A DNA stretch of 64,000 bases from Anthoceros angustus (lineage: Eukaryota; Plantae; Anthocerotophyta): assembly GCA_010909165.1 (NCBI GenBank), contig VJWM01000196.1, positions 124,001 through 188,000 of the forward strand, given 5' to 3'. Positions 49,401 through 60,985 of this stretch are shown here, in pieces (positions within the stretch are counted from its first letter, which is position 1; every line of letters begins with the position of its first letter). The translations under genes were made by a program, and so were the position numbers. Below the pieces are notes generated by a model. The model worked only from the letters and a program-made list of their open reading frames with translations, made no database searches and was not told the DNA's origin.

Positions 49401-50729
49401 CGTTTATATAGGCCAGCAAACCCTAGACATTCTCCCTCTGTCGGCGCTGCCATTCTCTCTCTACCAAAGCTGATTTGAATTTACCGAACCTAGTATTCCG
49501 AGCCGGATTCCAAACCTACTTAGGTTCGCCATTCGCTGCCGCCGCCGCCCTGTTCAACCAAACCTAGGTTCTTGATTCCAAACCTAGCCTAACGACACCA
49601 AACCTGATCTGCGAACCCCGAAGCAGCGGGGCATAACCCGACGCTGCCGTCTAGCCATAGCCTACCACGCACAGACCACCGTCGAACCATCTAGAACCCT
49701 AAGTTTTCAGTCCTTAAACAGCATTCACCTAGGTTTTTTGTCCACTATTGCCCAACACGCCGCCATGCTGTCCTCCACCATCTTGTTGCTGACGACCTCG
49801 CGGAGGCTCTGGCAGTCGGCGGCATCCTGCTTACGCTCAGTGCTTGTTTTCGCCACCGCGACTTCTTGCAGTGTCCTCGGGGAAGGTCTGACGCAATCGG
49901 CGACGCTCTCCCATCATCTAGGTATTGCCCACCACACATAGCTGGTGTCTGATGGGCATCTCACTTCCAGTCGCTTCCTTGAGCATCTTGGTTCCAGTCC
50001 CTTCTTCGGGTATAGGAAATTGCAACCTGAAGCTTTCTGATCTTTGTTCTGTCTGGAAACTGCATCTGATCACATCTTTTATTGCTGCCCAGGCTCGGTG
50101 GCATCCAGCTTACGCTCAGCTCCCATCACTACCACCACGACGACAAGTACAGTCTCGCTCTTGGCGTCCTCCATAGGTTCTGACGTCAAGCACAGTCTTA
50201 TTTCCTCGTGGTTGTTCTCACTGTTATCAACGCTCGTTAAAGCCCTCTTCGCCCACATCTAGCTGTCTCGTGGGCTCTTGCTTCCAGCCGTTTTTTCGAG
50301 AATAGGCCACTGCCATCGCTGCTGTTTGATTTCTTCTCTAGTGAGAACTGCATCTATCCTCATATCCTGTTCAGAAGCTCCCTCGTGGTCCAGTACTGCA
50401 GAAGCTATAGGGTCCAGTAGAAGCCCTCAGGAGCATAAACAACCCTTAAGATAGCCAAACTGACCTTCTTGCCCTGTGGCTGTTTCCTTTTTTAAAGTCG
50501 GGCTGCTGGTGATCAGTCGTTAGCTGGCAGGTTTGCGATAGTGTAAAGGTTTGCTGGTGTTTGCTATCTGCTTGGCGTTGCGATACTGTCTAATCACTCT
50601 CTGTTCCATCTGCTCCTAGGTGTCGAGACCAGACACACGTGGCCACAAAGAGACTTGCTGTCTCCAATTTCTGGCCACAAGAAGTACCTCGCAAGCGTAA
50701 GTTCCTTCTCCATTTGTTGTGGTGTAAAA

Positions 50730-51560
50730 ATAGCACCTAGCTGCCTGCAGTAGCATGTAGCAGGCATGCAGCAGTCGCAGAAGCATGCATTTGCAGCTGC
50801 AGTCGCGTGCATGCTCGTGACTACAGACGAGCGTGTGTAAGCGCATCATACAATGATCGCGTGCATGCAGCTTCGATTGCATGCATTTGCAGCTGCGATC
50901 GCGTGCATGCAGCTGCGATCGCATCTTGACCGCACTTGTAAGCTTGCTCCCTTTTAGCATACAGTTGTGTTTAACAAGAACCTGTCAAAGTGAATGTTGA
51001 ACGTAGAATGGTAGGTCTGTTCAGTGCAATGGTTTGCTGTTGTGGGCTCTGCGTCGTTTTGGTACTGAGTAATTAGTTTTGTATGCATCTACCTATGGTG
51101 TCCAGACTCGCCACACAAAGCCACACCAAGTCTTGCACACACTGTTTGCTGTCCAGGTTGCCTCACAAAGTTGTTTGAAGTTTCTGTTCGTTCCTGTTCA
51201 TTGCGAAAGTTGCTTTTCTATGCTTTGTAGACCTTACGAATAGAATAGTACCAGCTGCCTGCAATAGCATGTAGCAGGCATGCAGCAGCTTCAGTTGCAT
51301 GCATAATTGCGACTGCAACCGCAAGCGCCCAAATTCGCATGCATGCGCAGCTTCGATTGCATGCATTTGCAGCTGCGATCGCGTGCAATTGCGATCGCGT
51401 GCAATCGCAATCAAGTCCTGCGCTTCTAACAAGCGATGCAATCAGAATCGTTAGTTGCGTGCAACTGCAACTAAAGTCCTGCGCTTCTAATAAAAGCAGC
51501 TATGTTAATCAAGTCGCGGTAACCGCAATCGAAGTCATGCGCCTTCTAACAACAATGCGT
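50730..51560. repeat. Duplicated low-complexity blocks of overlapping palindromes (GCATGC, CAGCTG, GCGATCGC)
   Basis: 50735-50925 resembles 51250-51410. Confidence 0.75.
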
Positions 51561-51679
51561 TCAAGAAGGACGTGTCAATTGTCCCGTTTAGAGCGAAAGT
51601 TCATCTGTTCACAAGTCAACTGAGTCTGTGCGCATGTGCATATTTTGGTAACGCCTGAACTGTTGCGTCATCTTTCATA

Positions 51680-53400
51680 ATGGAGTCCGAAAATGAAAGC
51701 AACGACGACATTGTCGACATCGAAGAAGGTCATTATCATATCCTTGTTTGACTATCGAATAGCCGTTTCTTAAGTGTCTGAAATCTTTATTTTTACAGAA
51801 AGCAACCTCAGAAGTCCAGGGCAAACAAACATTGAAAGCTGGCGGTCAGACAATCATGTTCCCGCCCATGGGGATCCAGGATATGGCACTAAACGGGAGT
51901 TCGAAATCCCACTCCTTGAAATACGGAAGATTGTTGAAAAAGGTACTTCATAGGAATAATCAGGTTTAAAGTTTTTGTCGCCACGTGACCAACTAAATAC
52001 GTTTTCCAGTTCTCTCGGAGCACACTATGTTCACATCTATGGACAAACAAGACTTATAGCTCCTTTGCCAGGTGCTTGCCCAACTGGACAAAATTGAAAA
52101 GGTACACGGTTTTGCTCCCACAACGCCCTTACAGACTATAGGACTATAAAATTGTTTTCAGCATGCTTATCATTCTTGTTTTACTTAGTTTACATGTACA
52201 GGATATTAAGAAGAATTTACGAACAACAGCACAGTTAGAGTTGGAGACAATGACTCTAGTGAGAAGGTTTAACGGACATCAAATCTCAATTCAATCTATA
52301 CTAGAGGTAAACGAAAAAATGTATCGATACTATTTATTAGTGTTCTGCCGATTACTCAACATATTGTTTACAGAGTGCTGCAGATCAAGCGGTTGCTGCT
52401 AAGGAAATCAAAGACAAAATACACGAAATTGACGACAAAATCAACAGCACAGACATATCACATTAGGTTGGTCAAAGCAATCATTGAATTCTCATCATGC
52501 CTTTTTTCCTATACTTAACAAATTTCTGAATTTTTACAGGAAAAAAAGAGAAAAATAGAAGAGTCTGAAGACAATGCTCCAACTTATGGCCCTTCACAAG
52601 AGTTCACTGAATTTGGAAAATGGATGAAAAACTTCAAGTATCCGCCAATTTTCCAAGATTTCAAGAACAAATATGTTCCCATTTGGGAGCATAGTCTTAA
52701 AGACCCGATACAGCGAATCCTCAATGAAGATGGGTCTACACCATCTCTTCAGCAGCATATAGAGATTCAAAAAAGTAAGATCTTTGGATTTTTCATTTTT
52801 TAAAGTTAATTATGTGCTTTAATATTTTACATTGTGATTATGTAGAGATATCAGAAGCCATTCAAAATAGAGAGCTGAAAACTACAGACTTGTTGTCCCC
52901 CATGGAGGATCCAAAAACGACAAAAAACATCCAGAAGGTATACTCTTGAATTTGCAAGGTATATTTCTAATATAGAAAATTCTAGCATCTGCCTTTCTTT
53001 CAGAACTTAAAATCACACTTTCGCAGTGTGGGGAATCTTCACAGCACCTGCCTAACGTTAGTCAGAAAGGTATTTACCGAGCAGGATCTACTTCGACTTG
53101 AAATGGAGGTAAATTACTAATCTGTTCTACCTTCGTTTGTAATTATCGAAGAATCAAAAGGAGTTGTTTGCACTTTTTGAGGTTAGTATATGAAGTTATT
53201 AGTGTTCAATTTTAATAAGTTAAATTTCTAATAAATGATATTGCTTGTAGAAATATTCACGTCTGGACGAGATCTTCGAGATGATAAACTTTTTATCTGG
53301 ACCGTACAACGAGCAAAAAAAAAGACATTACTCTGAAGACTATGCACCACCAAAGTCACCTGTTTATACTCCATTAACCCCAAAAGAATATGACGTGTGA
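51680..53400 (+). pseudogene. Unknown 9-exon gene (~350 aa, helical/charged) with two premature TAG stops
   Basis: Exons 51680-51728, 51799-51942, 52010-52101, 52202-52306, 52374-52466, 52540-~52774, ~52846-52937, ~53004-53108 and ~53251-53400. All eight GT-AG introns are phase-compatible, giving MESENESNDDIVDIEE...FGKWMKNFKYPPIFQDFKNKYVPIWEHSLKDPIQRIL...PKSPVYTPLTPKEYDV*. Confidence 0.75.
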
Positions 53401-53554
53401 TTTTAAAACCAGAATGTTCGTAAGACTGTGAAACTGCTGGGACTTATTATAATAGCGAAAGCAGAAATGGTAACTTTTGTTTTACTTTATGTTTCAACCA
53501 AAGAGAGAGAAAAAAGAGGTATAAGCTGGGCGGGCACGACAGTAGCTCTTAAAA

Positions 53555-53729
53555 AGATCGCAGACCTCGGCTATCGCCTCGATGCGATCGAAATGAGGCG
53601 GCTCGGCCGACCTCGGCCGCTCCCTTACTCTAGGAACGGACTGTGTCGGGCGCCGCGGCCTAGAACGGTCTCGGCCTAGCGGCCTCGACCGTTCTCGGCC
53701 GTGACGCCCCTCCGCACGTCCGTTCCCTA
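53555..53729. other. GC-rich multi-hairpin; main 99-nt hairpin at 53631-53729
   Basis: TAGGAACGGAC...GTCCGTTCCCTA encloses GGCC-AGAACGGTC-GGCC/GGCC-GACCGTTCT-GGCC. Smaller stems, GATCGCA/TGCGATC and CGGCCGA/TCGGCCG, lie upstream. Confidence 0.85.
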
Positions 53730-53734
53730 ATACA

Positions 53735-55540
53735 TAGCCATGGCTTGGAGTTGGTGTCCTCCAAGTCTATTCTAGCATTGTATGTTTCAAGATTGCCAAA
53801 TAGCAGCTTCCAGAATGCTTGATAATTATTGACCTCAATGTGCATTACGTCCTTCAACCATAGCTTAGGTATCTTTGATAAGTAGGGCAATTGCTGGAAA
53901 ATTTGAGAAACCCGCTTCACACCCCACATCCGACCGTCTGCACGGCCTTGGGCCTACGCCAGAACCAACTCATTAGCTTTGGCAATAATGTCTTGGACGG
54001 AGAGGGGTTGGGGCCGGCTCCTCATCTCCACCTCTAAGTTGAAAAAATCTACTCCCTCAGAACGACGGCAATCATCATGTAGAGCCCAACGTTAATGACC
54101 GTCACAAAGAAAATTTATTCCAAAGCTTGAGACCACTTGGCCTACAACCCGCTTCCACAGTCCACACAACACCGGTAGCCCCGTACTTGCAATCGAAATA
54201 AGACACCCAGCCCCGAGTAATCGCAAGTTGTAAGCAACAAGCCAGCATGGAGTTGAAAATGTCCAGAAGGGTGCCCTTCGGGCTTGGAGTGGTCATCCAT
54301 CGATACCCATCCACAATTGCGATAGCTCCTGCAATAATGGCTGGAGAAAAACGTCCATGTTAGGCACCAGTTTTAGGCTAGGGACTATGATAGGCATAAG
54401 AAGCCAATGCTGCTTGGTTGCCACCCAAGGTGGAATATTATGGATAATGAGTAAGACAGGCCAGATAGAGTATGCAGATGACCTGGCCGGACGGATTAAT
54501 TCCGTCAGTGCATATGCTAAGCTAGAGGTTTCCGTCTTCTAGCCCAAAGCCATTCACCTCGTCGAGCGCTTTCTACATAGGAGCATATGTCATAATCCTC
54601 ATAAGACCATCTTTGCTTTTGTTTGCAGCGAAACAAGTGAGCTCTGCAGCGGTTTTGGCACTGGAAAAAAGCCGCTGCATGTGCTCTATTATCGGAAAAT
54701 GTCACATAGCCTTCCACGCAACAGTGTTGCCTGCCAGGCTTGCATGATAGCAAGGTTCACCGCAAAAGCGGCATTGTGTATCGTCGGAATAGGGACCCCA
54801 GAAAATTCAGCAGTTCCCCACGCAAGCATCCATCCGGTGCGCAAATCTCATCACACTGAGGGGTAAAATTGAAGGTGATGTCTTCAAGCTCGGTCATGCT
54901 GAGGGCTCTACCGGAACGGTAAAGGGCCTGACATGGAAGACGACTGTTGAGCGCAACAAGGTTTGGTCCTACCGGGGGTAGCCGGTGCCGTTGGGGGGGC
55001 GAGACTAGCGTGTGCCGTCGACCAACGACTGGTGGTGCCCGAAGTTCCTCTCGTTCACCCCATAATCAGGAGCACGTACCCAAAGACGAAGCTTGAGATG
55101 CCCAAGCTGCTACGTCTTTACATCTGGAATCCATCTCATTAGAAAGACGTGATAGAGACATCAAATGAGATGCATCTTCATTGTCTCGTCTCAACACCGC
55201 AGAAATTCTAGTTGTGACAGCTCGGTAAAATTGCGCTCTAATAGCTTGCAACTTCATAGCAACAATTTTGCAGATCCGGCATCGGGCAAGACTAGGGAGG
55301 ATGCGAGGCCATGATGCAATGCTGAGAATGTCGAGGACAATTGTGATCTACAACCGACCGCATTGGATGCCAAGTGCGGAACAAACCAAGTGTAAACAGC
55401 GGAGGTGAGGACCGGTCTTTGTCCTAATAGGGGAGTAGGAGGAAGATGCATGCAAACAGGGTGGAGGCGTACTACCTTGTTCTCGACTTGACAGTCTAGG
55501 TCGAGGTGGGGGGATGCAGAATGCATGCTCGATGAAAATC
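53735..55540 (-). mobile_element. CACTA transposase relic (N-terminal Tnp2/Transposase_21 part), heavily decayed
   Basis: WGVKRVSQIFQQLPY...DVMHIEVN...NARIDLE matches the CACTA motif WKKKSIFF.LPYW...DVMHIEKN...AR.DL. The upstream limit is approximate. Confidence 0.75.
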
Positions 55541-57326
55541 ATATGGGAGATAGCTTATCTCGTAAGAGACTTGACAATGGCGCCCTTTACTACAAACTAG
55601 ATAAAATGCACAATATATGGGTTTCCTATAAAACTAGTACAAGTAAACTCTTTTTATGACTAGAAGTGAAAAATAGCTTATCATTTGAATTTTAATTTCA
55701 AATCAAAGATTGCCAAGTATATACATGGTGATCGATGAATGTTCAATATTGGATACTTTTGTATATTTTCTTGTATTGGAAAGTATTTCATGGTGCTTGT
55801 ATATCCATCTAATCCTGCTTTCACCTAATGTACTTACAAAATCTTTAGATCTGTGAAAAGGAAAAAGAACAATTTAAATCACTTGTCATGGAGTACATGC
55901 CATTTTTTAGTAACCAAGGTCGTACTTATTATAAAGAGAGCTCACTTTCGACTCTAATCTCCAAAAAACTTCATCTGAGCAGCAGTAAGTAAGATGTCTT
56001 TCTCCCTATCAGATACTTTTGAATGGCACTTTGGCCCCAACTAATGCACTCATGTAGGCTCTCAAGCTCCCTTCTTCCTAATCTGTGAGGTTCCTCGTTT
56101 CTATTGTTGTCGAAAAATTTGTTATCTGTGCCGGGAATTGGGGCCTCTTTCTTTATCAGGTCGGAGAGCCTATTGTACCACTCTTTGACAAAAGTAGGAA
56201 TCTTCGACGATGTCTTGTGGATCTATGGGAGCCTAGTGATTATTGTGAAGAGCTTCCCGATCTTCATAACATTATCCAAAGCCTCCTTGGCCATTTTCCT
56301 CACCATGGCGACGAACGTCGGACCATCCAATGGGTCCCGTACAGGGCAAGACACAAGCAGTTAGAAGCAGACTTCAAGCATTGCGAGAAGACACTATCCA
56401 AGGTATTAGAGTGGATCCAGGCCATCGACTCATTCGAATTGATAGAAAATGAAAACGAGGAGGAGTAGCGACCGGCACAGGCCCCGGAGTCACAACGCAC
56501 GCTGCTTAGGCCCAGAAATCTGTTGACAGCATAAGAAAACATTCCGCTTCTACCTCGACACCGACGTGTATTTAGGGTTGACGTTGGGTAGAACTGCGTG
56601 CTCAACAGTGGGAAGGGCCTCCTTAGACTCAGACATCATCGGCTACAGACTTGCCAGCTCCTCCACGGGCCGGTCAAGCGGAGGCATGTCCAAGCTGTGG
56701 ACTTCGAGGTGATCGACCGAGACTGCAACCGCAACCGCAACCTAGAGGCCTCCGGCCCGAGAGCCTGCTGGGGCTGGTGGAGGCCCTCCTGCTTGTGCTT
56801 AGCGCGGAGGTGCCGCCCCAACTCAAGAGACTCGACGTGCTAGAGCCTTTTCTTCATGATTACTGAAGCTTAGATGGGAAGTTGCGATTCCCCCTCCATC
56901 TCATGGGTCATGCTTCTAGGGTCACGTAGGCTACCAACCCCACCTTTTGCCAATCCTCTTGAGGCAAGATGCGGGAGAGGGTGCTGGCGATAAGCATGGG
57001 GGCGGATAGTGTGGTGGCCATAAGCTAAGTCCAATGCTAGACATATACACATGCCCAGAAATTGCACATCTTGACCTTGTGCCTCTAGGTGATGGCGAGA
57101 GTCCCATAATGAATGCCTTTGTGGAGATGATCCCTGAGCATGCTGTGCATGGAACCACCACCACGGCCTAAGGGAAATAAGAAATCTTCCAATGTCGTAG
57201 ATTCTCGGCATAGCATAGAAACGAGATGCGCCGCACAGTGAGAGCACCCCCCTTCGTGCTGCCAGTGTTAAATGAAGCCAGAAACTGCCGCCGCCACGTA
57301 ACCATGAGTAACTTAGTGAACGACAA

Positions 57327-57925
57327 GACTGCAAATGACAAGAATCTGTCAAGACAGGGGTTTCTTTTCAACTCAACCATTGATAACTCCAGATCAAATG
57401 TAAGTTTGTGGTTTATTGCTTTAAGCTATTGTGGTTTTGAATGTACTAACTAGTAGTTTTATTGGCCAGGCGTGGTATGCAAAACTTCGAGTATCGAAAG
57501 GAATGCTCTCAAGGTTCATGAAGACCATGGCCGAAGCTGCTGGCCTTGTTGGCTATTACACCAACAAGAGTTGTCGTGTAACAATGATTACACGTCTGAC
57601 GATGGCCCAGGTGCCTTCTGATGCTGGGAGAAGTGTCACTGGCCATAAAACAGATGTTGGATTTTCAAGGTAATTGTGGTGGCAGTTGTAACATTGAAAA
57701 TCCTTTTGTATGTTCTTTGCTGACATTAGGATGTCTGGCAGATATGACCGCTCTAGTTAAGCAAAACAGGCAGCTGCAGCAAGAGTTCTTATTCCTGGTG
57801 AACGAAGATCTTACAAGGAGCTGCTGAACGAAGAACTCAATCGGATGCAGGATGATCTGAGGGGTGTTCTTCCGTCAACTGTCCTGAATGTGACTCTAGA
57901 AGTAGTATTTTCGAGTCAGCCTGAA
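57327..57925 (+). pseudogene. Second, partial copy of the Crypton-type tyrosine recombinase gene (catalytic exons)
   Basis: GFLFNSTIDN, WYAKLRVSKGMLSRFMKTMAEAAGLVGYYTNKSCRVTMITRLTMAQVPSDAGRSVTGHKTDVGFSR|YDR. Introns are in the same positions as in 41700-42300, and the copy is inverted. Confidence 0.9.
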
Positions 57926-58164
57926 GATCAGCGTCCTTTGCAAATGCAAGGAAATGAGAATGTAAGCGTTGAAGTCTGTTGTAAGTATATGTGGACTGTC
58001 TCATCAAAATCCTGTGTTCTGATTCCTTTTTTATTTGTCAGGTCTTACTGTCTGTTGCCACCCTTGTTATTCATCATGTGGTAACTTAGTGCATTGTCCC
58101 CACTGCCTGTTCTGGAGAATGGGCTGTGGCGCAAGACAAATCCACTCTATAATGTGTATCATGA

Positions 58165-58366
58165 CTTAGGCCAAATGGACACACATTTTTAAGAACGTCG
58201 TTATTAAGCATCTTGCGCTAGATCGATACTCAAATGGGGTGCCTAAAGGGAGTGGATGCCCTTGGTGCAAGTAGCTTAGGTACACCATGGTACAAGTTGT
58301 TAAGTGCCAAGTCCCATGATGGAAATCCGTCCTTAGAGGACTTAAATAAATTTCATCTTCTTCTTC
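58165..58366 (+). repeat. ~185-bp dispersed repeat ending in a (TTC)n tail, copy 2
   Basis: Inverted homologue of 28646-28852 (compare ORFs 28516-28782 and 58234-58452). Confidence 0.8.
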
Positions 58367-60067
58367 TAGCAAGCTTGGAAAGCCCCAGCCTGAACCGGGC
58401 TGCAAGCTTGAGGTTGGCAATAGGAAAACTCGGTGCTAAGAAGGCCGAATGATGAAGGGACAAAAAAAAAATATTCTACCATACTGAATAATAATAAGAA
58501 AACTCAGCGCTGCGGGGGCATAGTGGGGGCATAGTGATGAAGGTAAAAAAGAAACTATTCTACTATACTAAATAGTATTCTCACCCCAATGTTTCGGGCC
58601 CGCTCGGGATCCCTGTTTGAGTTGTTGAGTGCGAAAGCACTTGAGGACGAACGAAGATCACCAATAATAATGTCGCTGAAATGGGCTTGTGGATCTTACA
58701 TTTACAGTTATATTTAGCAACATATTTTATCGGCAACCCATAGAATGTGCTATCGACAAATCGGTATGCTATCTTTCACGAGAAACCCAGAGAGAAACCC
58801 ACGCTGAAGGGATGCGCGCTCAACCTGGATGCCGGGCTCGCGGGGTGCCATCAAGGCGCGGCGGGACCCGGCCCCTGACACTACAATTGAAATTAACATT
58901 TGGAAAGAAGAAGACTACAGACAAGATATCGTACTCCTACGTAGACTGGGAGTTTCAGCGCGGCAGGAACCGTGGGGACATTTTTCCCTTGTGGTGTAGG
59001 TATGTAATGTGAAGTTGGCATGATGGTGGCCGACCCACCGCATCGTACCGCATCCGAACTTGCACCTGCTTTCTGCTTTTGTCGGGGTCCGGACCCAATT
59101 GCAATTTGTAACAAAGCGCTTCCGCTGGCGCAGTGGCGCTGGCCATCCAGGAATCAGTCGCGGAAACAAGAAAATTCATTTGTTGCGTCAGAAGCACTGG
59201 GTGGTTTTAAGGCGCATGCTGGAGGGGTAGGGTACAGTCAGGAAAATGATGGCAACCGCTCCGAGTCCATAAACCCCCAAATCCCCAGGACGAGCTCCAG
59301 CCTCCAGATCCAATATGTATAGGTACGCATGGCCGCGGCCAGCGGTTGCCTGCCGAGTCCCAGCACCCGACCCGGCTTGTTAGCTAGTGCTCCCTTTGCC
59401 CAAGGTAGTCAGTCACATTCATCACTTGCCATCAATAAGGATAGCATCATTAGCTCGGATAGGTGCCCGACACCCGCGTCAGAATCTCGTTATGCCCCCA
59501 TACATACATTACTTTGCTTCTCACCAGGTTATGTTTCCTCTTTGTCTTCTCAAGTTTAGGGACATCAGTTCCCACTCCCACGACAGGGTGCTCATAAATT
59601 TCATTGTGGGACGGCTACAGGGATAGAATCTTCCTTGGCTGGTTTTGCCTGAGGAATGCGCATAAATCACAACAATTATACATTTTTGAATGAGGGAAAG
59701 CTGTGGACCATACTCGTCCACTAGAGTCTTTGACAGTCAACACTACTTCAGCCCATTTTCTAATTAGATAGCACACCGTTTTCAAGTTCATCGGCCCTGT
59801 AGCCTGTACTCCTAACAAACCAATACCCTGGTAACTACATAGTCACAATCGTACTATCAGCATCACTAGAGTGACATTTAGCACCGCATAAGACCACCTA
59901 CGCTTTTCTGCCGGAGTGCACAACTTCGGTGAGGCTCATAGAACCACCTCTTCTTAGATACCCAGCTTCCCAAGTTCGCACCGCCTGTACACATATACGA
60001 AGCTGCAGAAAGGCATGCAAACCCTACCTCTAAAAGAATCTGTACATATCAACCCGATCCGAGTGAT

Positions 60068-60985
60068 TCATGACTTCACATCCGCTGGCGCTTCCTGATG
60101 CTCCTGCCTAAGCATGGCAAAAGATTCCGGCAAGGGTATGGAGCTGCCATGTCGAGAGCAGCACTCACAAGGGTAGGCGCACACACTTCGTGGCCTCAGC
60201 TGCTTGGGCCATTGAGGGACCTCTAAAGCACCTTCCATCGCCCGATGGATTGCTTCCTTTGCTGATAAGCATGTGCGCTTGGCAGCCTCTACTAATGGAC
60301 CCCAACACTCAAGCTTATTGTACTCTTTCACGTTTGAGTGGAAATAAACCCAGACCAAGGACTGCTCCAGCTCCGGGTGCTTCTCAAAAAATTCTCTGTC
60401 ACCATGAAGAAAAGCCGCCAAAACTACAGGCAGCTCCTTGCGAAATATGTAGTATCGGAAATTGGCTATCATGTTGTGGTAGAAATTGCCTCCACTGATG
60501 TGGCAGTGCACATGCAGAGCCATATGACCCTTCACCTTCTTCCACTCACCAAGGACTTCATCTCTTTGGAAACTACTATACCAACCCTTCAGTTGAGCCT
60601 TGTTGATCTCCTCTGAAATAGCAAGCGTTAGCTTGGCAGTGATGTCGCTGTGAGTGAGAGTATAGATGCGGGGCCGCAGTTGAAGATCTCCTTTGTCCAC
60701 CCCTAGGAACAGAACGCTCAACTTGGAGGCTTCAAATAGGGCCGGCCCAAAAAGTCTTGCCTCCACAGTAGATCTGGCAGATTTCACCTGCATCACTGCT
60801 TCCCGCTCCTCCCCTTTCAACCTCGATATCCCCGACATGTCAAGAAAGGGTGAGGAAAGACTGAGATTATCCACGCTCTTCTGTTTGAACCGCACCTCAA
60901 CCCTGGTGCACCCGGAATCCACGCAGTTGGAAGGGGAATTCACAAACACAGGCTGCACAAGGGCTTTCGTCATAGTTGTCGCCAT
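60068..60985 (-). CDS. SGR: STAY-GREEN / NYE Mg-dechelatase, 305 aa, single coding exon
   Basis: ARLFGPALFEASKLSVLFLG, PRIYTLTHSDITAKLTLAIS, QRDEVLGEWKKVKGHMALHVHCHISGG, RYYIFRKELPVVL, VWVYFHSNVKEYNKLECWGPL, the Cys-rich tail CAYPCECC, and a transit-peptide-like N-terminus. Confidence 0.97.
   Translation of the reverse strand: MATTMTKALVQPVFVNSPSNCVDSGCTRVEVRFKQKSVDNLSLSSPFLDMSGISRLKGEEREAVMQVKSARSTVEARLFGPALFEASKLSVLFLGVDKGDLQLRPRIYTLTHSDITAKLTLAISEEINKAQLKGWYSSFQRDEVLGEWKKVKGHMALHVHCHISGGNFYHNMIANFRYYIFRKELPVVLAAFLHGDREFFEKHPELEQSLVWVYFHSNVKEYNKLECWGPLVEAAKRTCLSAKEAIHRAMEGALEVPQWPKQLRPRSVCAYPCECCSRHGSSIPLPESFAMLRQEHQEAPADVKS

Noticed and set aside
30126-55778. CACTATAAGAAA (30126) and TTTTCTTGTATTG (55766-55778) as the two TIRs of one CACTA element
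   Set aside because: Each has a mismatch to CACTACAAGAAAA, the similarity does not extend inward, and the 3-bp flanks (CCA versus GAA) differ.
56040-57300. Protein-like stretches (ORF 56085-56468 and its antisense frame)
   Set aside because: No recognisable family, and the coding strand is ambiguous.
58590-58660. GAAA-capped stem (GTTGTTGAGTGC-GAAA-GCACTTGAGGAC) flanked by CTGTTTGA and GAAC, resembling a hammerhead or HDV-like ribozyme
   Set aside because: The core does not match CUGANGA/GAAA, and I could not build the remaining stems. An Infernal search would settle it.
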